From Bradyrhizobium sp. (lineage in GTDB: Bacteria; Pseudomonadota; Alphaproteobacteria; Rhizobiales; Xanthobacteraceae): 64,000 nucleotides of DNA. The translations under genes were made by a program, and so were the position numbers. The number at the start of each line of letters is the position of its first letter. The stretch's first letter is position 1. Shown one piece after another: positions 59,131 through 64,000 of the stretch. The notes beneath the pieces are model-generated. The model had not been told where the DNA came from. It saw only the letters and a list, made by a program, of their open reading frames with translations, and did no database searches. Where the stretch lies: contig PNLC01000001.1 of NCBI GenBank assembly GCA_013822885.1, positions 2,528 through 66,527 of the forward strand, in the 5' to 3' direction.

Positions 59131-59279
59131 CGGACTTTCACCGGTACGGCAGGACGGCATCATGCCTTTGGGTCGCCACAGGGGGCACCCAACCTTCCGT
59201 TGCGCCATCCTAGCGCTCAAAGCTTACCCAAAGCTGAACAAGGACGCTGCCGGCCTTCTACACGAAGCCGGCCACCCGC

Positions 59280-60014
59280 CTAGAGAAACGAGCGGACCAG
59301 GCCGACGGCGAGCAGATTCCAGCCGTCGATCAGCACGAAGAACAGCACCTTGAACGGAAGCGCAAAGACGGTCGGCGGCATCATCATCATGCCCATCGAC
59401 ATCGTGAGCGTGGCGACGATCATGTCGATGACGAGGAACGGCATCACGATCAGAAAGCCGATCTCGAAGGCCCTGCGCAATTCCGATATCATGAACGCCG
59501 GTATGATGACGCGGAGATCGATCTTCTGGCCATCGAACCGGGCTTTGAAGCCCTCAGCCGCGAGGCTTTCGAACGACTGCAGATCCTTCTCCCGGACATG
59601 CGCCAGCATGAATTCGCGAAATGGATCGGTTACGCGCGAATAGGCCTCCTGTTCCGATATTTCGTTCTGCATCAGCGGCTGAACGCCATTCTGCCAGGCA
59701 CGGTCGAACGTCGGCGCCATGACGTAGAACGTGAGGAACAGCGCGAGGCTGATCATCACGATGTTCGCCGGCGTCGTCTGCAATCCGAGGCCCGCTCGCA
59801 GAAACGAAAGGGCGACCACGAACCGGGTGAAGCTGGTCACCATGATCAGCAGGCCGGGCGCCAATGACAGCACCGTGAGCAGCGCGACCATCTGGATGAC
59901 GCGGCCGCTGGCGCTGCCCTGGCCCGCCGGAAGCAGCGTCGAGAGGTCCGGTATCTGGGCAGATGCTGCCGTCGGCAAAACAAGGAGCAAGGCGACAAGA
60001 AGTACGCGCTTCAT
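59280..60014 (-). CDS. fliP: Flagellar export protein FliP
   Basis: MVTSFTR, PAFMISEL, LPFKVLFFVLIDGW. Confidence 0.96.
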   Translation of the reverse strand: MKRVLLVALLLVLPTAASAQIPDLSTLLPAGQGSASGRVIQMVALLTVLSLAPGLLIMVTSFTRFVVALSFLRAGLGLQTTPANIVMISLALFLTFYVMAPTFDRAWQNGVQPLMQNEISEQEAYSRVTDPFREFMLAHVREKDLQSFESLAAEGFKARFDGQKIDLRVIIPAFMISELRRAFEIGFLIVMPFLVIDMIVATLTMSMGMMMMPPTVFALPFKVLFFVLIDGWNLLAVGLVRSFL

Positions 60015-60457
60015 TGGACGACCAACGTTTCTATGATCAATTCGCGAACCTTGCCGCTGGAGCGAATGACGGCCCGCTCGTTGAGGTCCTCCCGCAGATA
60101 CTGCAGCCCCCGCGCCCCCTCGATCTGCGCCGGCGATAGCGTTCTCAGGTATGCGACGACGTCTTCGCCGACCCGGGCCGCGAGAATGCTCGCCTCCTCC
60201 TCATTCAGCTGATCGGTAATGACGGATGCTTCCATGCGTATCCAGGCCCCGGGCGGCGACGCCAGGTTGGTGACGACCGGCGATATCTTGCGAAGCCGGG
60301 CGTTCGGACTGAAGGCCGACGCCACCGGCCGTTCCTGCACTTCCTTCTGACTGTCCGCAATTCGCTGCATTGTGTGCAGCAGATGCAGGCTTGAGAGCAC
60401 CCCCGCGCCGGCCGACACGGCCGTGAGCACGAGGAAGACGGCCAGCCATTGCATCAT
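60011..60457 (-). CDS. fliL: Flagellar basal body protein FliL
   Basis: N-terminal TM, VVTNLASP, GL..LREDL..RA. Confidence 0.85.
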   Translation of the reverse strand: MMQWLAVFLVLTAVSAGAGVLSSLHLLHTMQRIADSQKEVQERPVASAFSPNARLRKISPVVTNLASPPGAWIRMEASVITDQLNEEEASILAARVGEDVVAYLRTLSPAQIEGARGLQYLREDLNERAVIRSSGKVRELIIETLVVQ

Positions 60458-60512
60458 GTCACCGCCCCCCTGTCCGCCGATGCCTTTTCGGTCCCAAACC
60501 GCAAGTCATTGC

Positions 60513-61190
60513 CTAGAACGGAACGACGCGGTCGTAGATCTGGTGTCCCCACGCCGGCTGCTGCACCTCCATCAGGCGGCCGCGGCCGCCGTATGAAATC
60601 CGCGCTTCGGCAACTTTTTCATACGCGACCGTATTGTTCCGGGTGATATCCAGTGGCCGCACGATGCCACCCACGTTCAGAACCCGCATCTCGTAGTTCA
60701 CGCGGACTTCCTGCGATCCGCTGATCAGCAAATTGCCGTTCGGAAGCACGTCGACCACGGCCGCCGCGACCGAGAATTTCACCTCTTCCGTGCGGTCGAT
60801 CTTGCCTGCGCCCTTTGTCGAGGATTGCGAATTGGTGTTCGCGTCGATCTGTCCGGCCTTGGACCACGGCAGGAACTCGGCGAAGTAGTCGGCGCTGAAC
60901 GTCGTCTTCGAGTCTCGCGACCGATCCGTCTTGTTGTCGAGTGTTGCCTTGTCGTTCATCGATATCGTGACCGTCAGGAGATCGCCGACACGTGTTGCGC
61001 GCGAATCCCGATAGAGGTCCTTGCGCTCGAACTGGCCGCGCCGCTCGACGGGAATGCCGCGCGCATCCGCCTGCAAACCATGCCCGATCGGCGACATGAC
61101 CGGCGCCTGGTTGATCTCGGCAAGATTGTTCGCGCAACCGCTCAGGACGAAGCAGGCCACGAATGCAAAGGGCAACCGCATGGACATCAT
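60513..61190 (-). CDS. flgH: L-ring lipoprotein FlgH
   Basis: Lipobox LSGC, RATRVGDLLTV, VLPNGNL, EARISYGGRG. Confidence 0.95.
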   Translation of the reverse strand: MMSMRLPFAFVACFVLSGCANNLAEINQAPVMSPIGHGLQADARGIPVERRGQFERKDLYRDSRATRVGDLLTVTISMNDKATLDNKTDRSRDSKTTFSADYFAEFLPWSKAGQIDANTNSQSSTKGAGKIDRTEEVKFSVAAAVVDVLPNGNLLISGSQEVRVNYEMRVLNVGGIVRPLDITRNNTVAYEKVAEARISYGGRGRLMEVQQPAWGHQIYDRVVPF

Positions 61191-61870
61191 TTCCTGGCCT
61201 TCCCATCGTCGGGACGACGCATTCCGGCCAGCGTATCGGCGAGGTGAGCCCCGCGCGCCGGTTCCATCTCGTTCAGGATGGCGCTTGCCGTCCGGGCGCG
61301 AAGCTTGGCGAGCACCGCCGCCGCCGTACCATCGGCCATGCTCGCAATCTGCTGCGCCGCTGCGTCCGGGTTCATGCGCGAATAGATCTCGACGACATTG
61401 TCTTCGGCCTTCTTCAGGAAGTCCTCGCGCAGCTTCAGCCATTGTTCGTACTCGGCCCGCTTCTCCTCCAGTTCCGCAATGCGCTGCCGGAGCTTCGCCT
61501 CGGCGGCTTCCAGCTCCTTTTGCTGCCACGCGACCCGGGCGTCCAGGGCCGCATCGGCGACATTCGCGCAGAATTTGGCGACGTCGGACTCCGATTGATT
61601 TCCTGGTGCCGTCTCGCCCGCCCCAAGCGGCAGTACCGAATTCTTCCTGGTAACGGCTGCAGTCGTCAGAGTTCTGTCCGGCGTCGGCAGAGCGGGCGCG
61701 GGTTCGGCCTTCGCGGCAGGGCGGGGACGCGGGGGCGATTTGGCAAACTCGCTCAGGTTAAGCGGCTTGGACAATTTCTGCCCGGACTGAGCCCAGGCTG
61801 CCGTCTGCCCGGACAGCGCGACGCACCCCAGGAGAAACACGTTTCTCGACAATGTCGCGATGCCAGGCAT
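61187..61870 (-). CDS. motE: MotE family periplasmic chaperone
   Basis: FCANVADAA.DAR, IYSRM.PDAAA, ILNEM; between flgI and flgH. Confidence 0.82.
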   Translation of the reverse strand: MPGIATLSRNVFLLGCVALSGQTAAWAQSGQKLSKPLNLSEFAKSPPRPRPAAKAEPAPALPTPDRTLTTAAVTRKNSVLPLGAGETAPGNQSESDVAKFCANVADAALDARVAWQQKELEAAEAKLRQRIAELEEKRAEYEQWLKLREDFLKKAEDNVVEIYSRMNPDAAAQQIASMADGTAAAVLAKLRARTASAILNEMEPARGAHLADTLAGMRRPDDGKARK

Positions 61871-61913
61871 TCGCCCTCTCGTGAATGATCCGCGCGAGCG
61901 TTGCACGTGCAAG

Positions 61914-61923
61914 CTTGCGCGAC
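61914..61923 (-). promoter_or_regulatory. Flagellar promoter motif upstream of motE
   Basis: gTCGCGCAAG on the minus strand in the flgI-motE gap. Confidence 0.5.
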
Positions 61924-61938
61924 GCTGTCGCGAACATC

Positions 61939-63042
61939 TCACTGGATGACGAGATCGGCTTGCAGCGCGCCCGCCGCCTTGATCGCCTGCAGTATCGAGA
62001 TGATTCCCGATGGCTTCAGCCCGATCTGGTTGAGGCCGCGCACGAGGCGCTGCAGATCCGTGCCGCGCAACACCGCGACCTTCGCACCGGGCTCATTGAC
62101 GTCGATGAATGTCTGCGGGACCACGACCGTTTCGCCCCGCCTGGAGAAAGGCGAAGGCTGGGAGACAATCGGCGCTTCGGTAATTCGAACGGTCAGGTTG
62201 CCGTGGGTGACGGCGACCGTCGAGATCTGCACGTTGCGGCCGATCACCACCGTCCCTGTCCGCTCGTCGACCACGACGCGCGCCGGCGTATCGGGCTCCA
62301 CCAGGAGTTCCTCGATCTCGGCGATGAAGCGAACCGGCGAGACCGATCGCGGCCGATGCAATACGATCGTTCGATAATCGCGCTCGAAGGCAATTCCGGC
62401 CTGATACCGCCCGCGACCATGCTGATTGATCGCGTCGAGAATTCGCGTCGCCGTCACGAAATCCGGATTCTTCAGCTCCAGAACCAGCGAATCCATATCG
62501 CTGAAATTACCTCTCACCTCCCGCTCGATCAGCGCCCCGTTCGGGATGCGGCCCGACGTGGCGACGCCCTGATTGACCGTCTGCGCTGCCCCCTCGATCG
62601 AGTATCCCCCCACCGCGATGGCGCCCTGGGCCACCGCATAGACCTCGCCATCTGCGGCGCGCAACTGTGTCATGACCAGCGTTCCGCCGAGCAGCGAAGA
62701 AGCGTCTCCGAGCGAGGAAATGGCGACGTCGAGCCGCGAGCCACCAGAAATAAAGGGTGGCAGATCGGCCGTTACCATCACGGCCGCGACGTTTCGCGTT
62801 CGAAGCGACGTTCCGCGAATGTTGATGCCCATGTTGTCGAGCATCGATTGCAGCGACTGCTCGGTGAAGGGAGAGTTCCGCAGCGTGTCGCCGGTGCCCT
62901 TGAGGCCGATCACCAGCCCGTAGCCGAGGATCTGGTTCTCGCGCACCCCCTTGAGGTTGGCGATATCCTTGATCCGCACCGCAGCTTCGGCTGCCGTGAT
63001 CGAAAGGGCAAGGATGAGCCCCGATAGTAGCCGCCGCATCAT
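61939..63042 (-). CDS. flgI: P-ring protein FlgI
   Basis: RIKDI, NQILGYGLVIGL.GTGD, ERTGTVV, AGALQA. Confidence 0.97.
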   Translation of the reverse strand: MMRRLLSGLILALSITAAEAAVRIKDIANLKGVRENQILGYGLVIGLKGTGDTLRNSPFTEQSLQSMLDNMGINIRGTSLRTRNVAAVMVTADLPPFISGGSRLDVAISSLGDASSLLGGTLVMTQLRAADGEVYAVAQGAIAVGGYSIEGAAQTVNQGVATSGRIPNGALIEREVRGNFSDMDSLVLELKNPDFVTATRILDAINQHGRGRYQAGIAFERDYRTIVLHRPRSVSPVRFIAEIEELLVEPDTPARVVVDERTGTVVIGRNVQISTVAVTHGNLTVRITEAPIVSQPSPFSRRGETVVVPQTFIDVNEPGAKVAVLRGTDLQRLVRGLNQIGLKPSGIISILQAIKAAGALQADLVIQ

Positions 63043-63524
63043 CCGTTCTGGATCCGCACGGATCCATCCGGCTGGATGATTCCTCTGATCGTCACGCCGG
63101 TGTCGAGATTCCGGAGCTGAATGAGCGCGCCCGGGCTACCGGACTGCAGCGACGAGCCGTAGGTAACGATCGACAGCGCGCCATCCTCGATGATGACCTT
63201 GACGACATTGCCGCGTGTCACGATCTTCTGCTCCTCGAGGGCGTTGATCGGGATCATCTGTCCGGGCAACAGCGTACGCCGGGCGATACGGCCGACAGCC
63301 ATCGGCCGCTCGCTGATGAATGCGGCAGCGCCCGGGATGTTCGGCGCGAACGCCCGCTCGATGATCAATTCATCGTTGATCAGATCGCCCGGGTAGATCG
63401 TCGTAGCCGGCACCGGGAAGCGCGCCACATCCTCCGCGGCCGCGCTGCCGCCCGTCAGGGATGCAACAAGGGCGAGCGCCGCAATCCCCCGCATCAAGGC
63501 AGGTATGACGCGTATCAATGCCAT
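63039..63524 (-). CDS. flgA: P-ring assembly chaperone FlgA
   Basis: Signal peptide, SAF domain (IYPGD, ARRTLLPG), RNLDTG. Confidence 0.9.
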   Translation of the reverse strand: MALIRVIPALMRGIAALALVASLTGGSAAAEDVARFPVPATTIYPGDLINDELIIERAFAPNIPGAAAFISERPMAVGRIARRTLLPGQMIPINALEEQKIVTRGNVVKVIIEDGALSIVTYGSSLQSGSPGALIQLRNLDTGVTIRGIIQPDGSVRIQNG

Positions 63525-63540
63525 CGCTCGACTCTCGATC

Positions 63541-64000
63541 TTACCGAAGCCCCTTGGAGATCGTCGCGGCCATTTCGTCGGCCGCCTGGATCACCTTCGA
63601 ATTCATCTCGTAGGAACGCTGGGCCGAGATCAGTTCGGTGATTTCCTTGACGGGATCGACATTCGAACTCTCCAGATAGCGTTGATGGATCTTTCCGTAT
63701 CCGGGATCGCCGGGAACGCCGACCACGGGAACGCCGGATGCGATCGTCTCCTTGTAGAGATTGCCTCCAAGCGGATCGAGCCCGGCCTCGTTCGCAAAGC
63801 TGGCAAGCGTGAGCCGGCCCAGCGGGCGCGGCGCGACCTCGTTGTCCAGCTTGGCGAAAACCTGCCCCGACTCGTTTACGGTGACCTCGACCGTGCCCTG
63901 CGGAATGAGAATCGCCGGCTCGACATTGTAGCCGTCAGCCGTCACAAGCTGCCCGTCAGCATTGGTGTTGAACGATCCGGCGCGGGTGTAGAGCATGTCG
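63541..64000 (-). CDS. flgG: Distal rod protein FlgG (5' end beyond the window)
   Basis: [34 protein letters not shown]. Confidence 0.93.
   Translation of the reverse strand, partial: DMLYTRAGSFNTNADGQLVTADGYNVEPAILIPQGTVEVTVNESGQVFAKLDNEVAPRPLGRLTLASFANEAGLDPLGGNLYKETIASGVPVVGVPGDPGYGKIHQRYLESSNVDPVKEITELISAQRSYEMNSKVIQAADEMAATISKGLR

Overview
High-GC alphaproteobacterial DNA; gene content and order resemble Bradyrhizobium. Four blocks are visible. (1) 468-23027 (+): a 20-gene catabolic/uptake cluster of unknown substrate. It has a Liv-type ABC importer whose LivF ATPase is fused to a Tm-1/UPF0261 domain, a PEP-hydrolase-family TIM barrel, an 870-aa flotillin with a very long 11-residue-periodic coiled coil, two SRPBCC proteins, a four-subunit (split) xanthine-dehydrogenase-family molybdoenzyme with a Pro-rich tail, CoxD/CoxE-like chaperones, three lactonase-type hydrolases and a Cys-to-Ser isochorismatase-family domain. 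(2) 23170-26391: a UvrD helicase, a small membrane peptide and a cytochrome c. (3) 26404-37868: a GTP-derived-metabolite/glycan cluster (GTP cyclohydrolase II, RibD reductase domain, PTPS-IV-type QueD homolog, MDR oxidoreductase, GT4, two methyltransferases, OpgH/MdoH, two polytopic membrane proteins, HAD phosphatase), followed by a few catabolic genes and remnants. (4) 43352-64000: the lateral flagellar cluster (lafR/rem to partial flgG), which looks decayed: fliF and motB are collapsed by two deletions and the flagellar lytic transglycosylase is frameshifted. No rRNA, tRNA, CRISPR array or intact transposase was seen. All calls come from reading motifs by eye; no database search was run.
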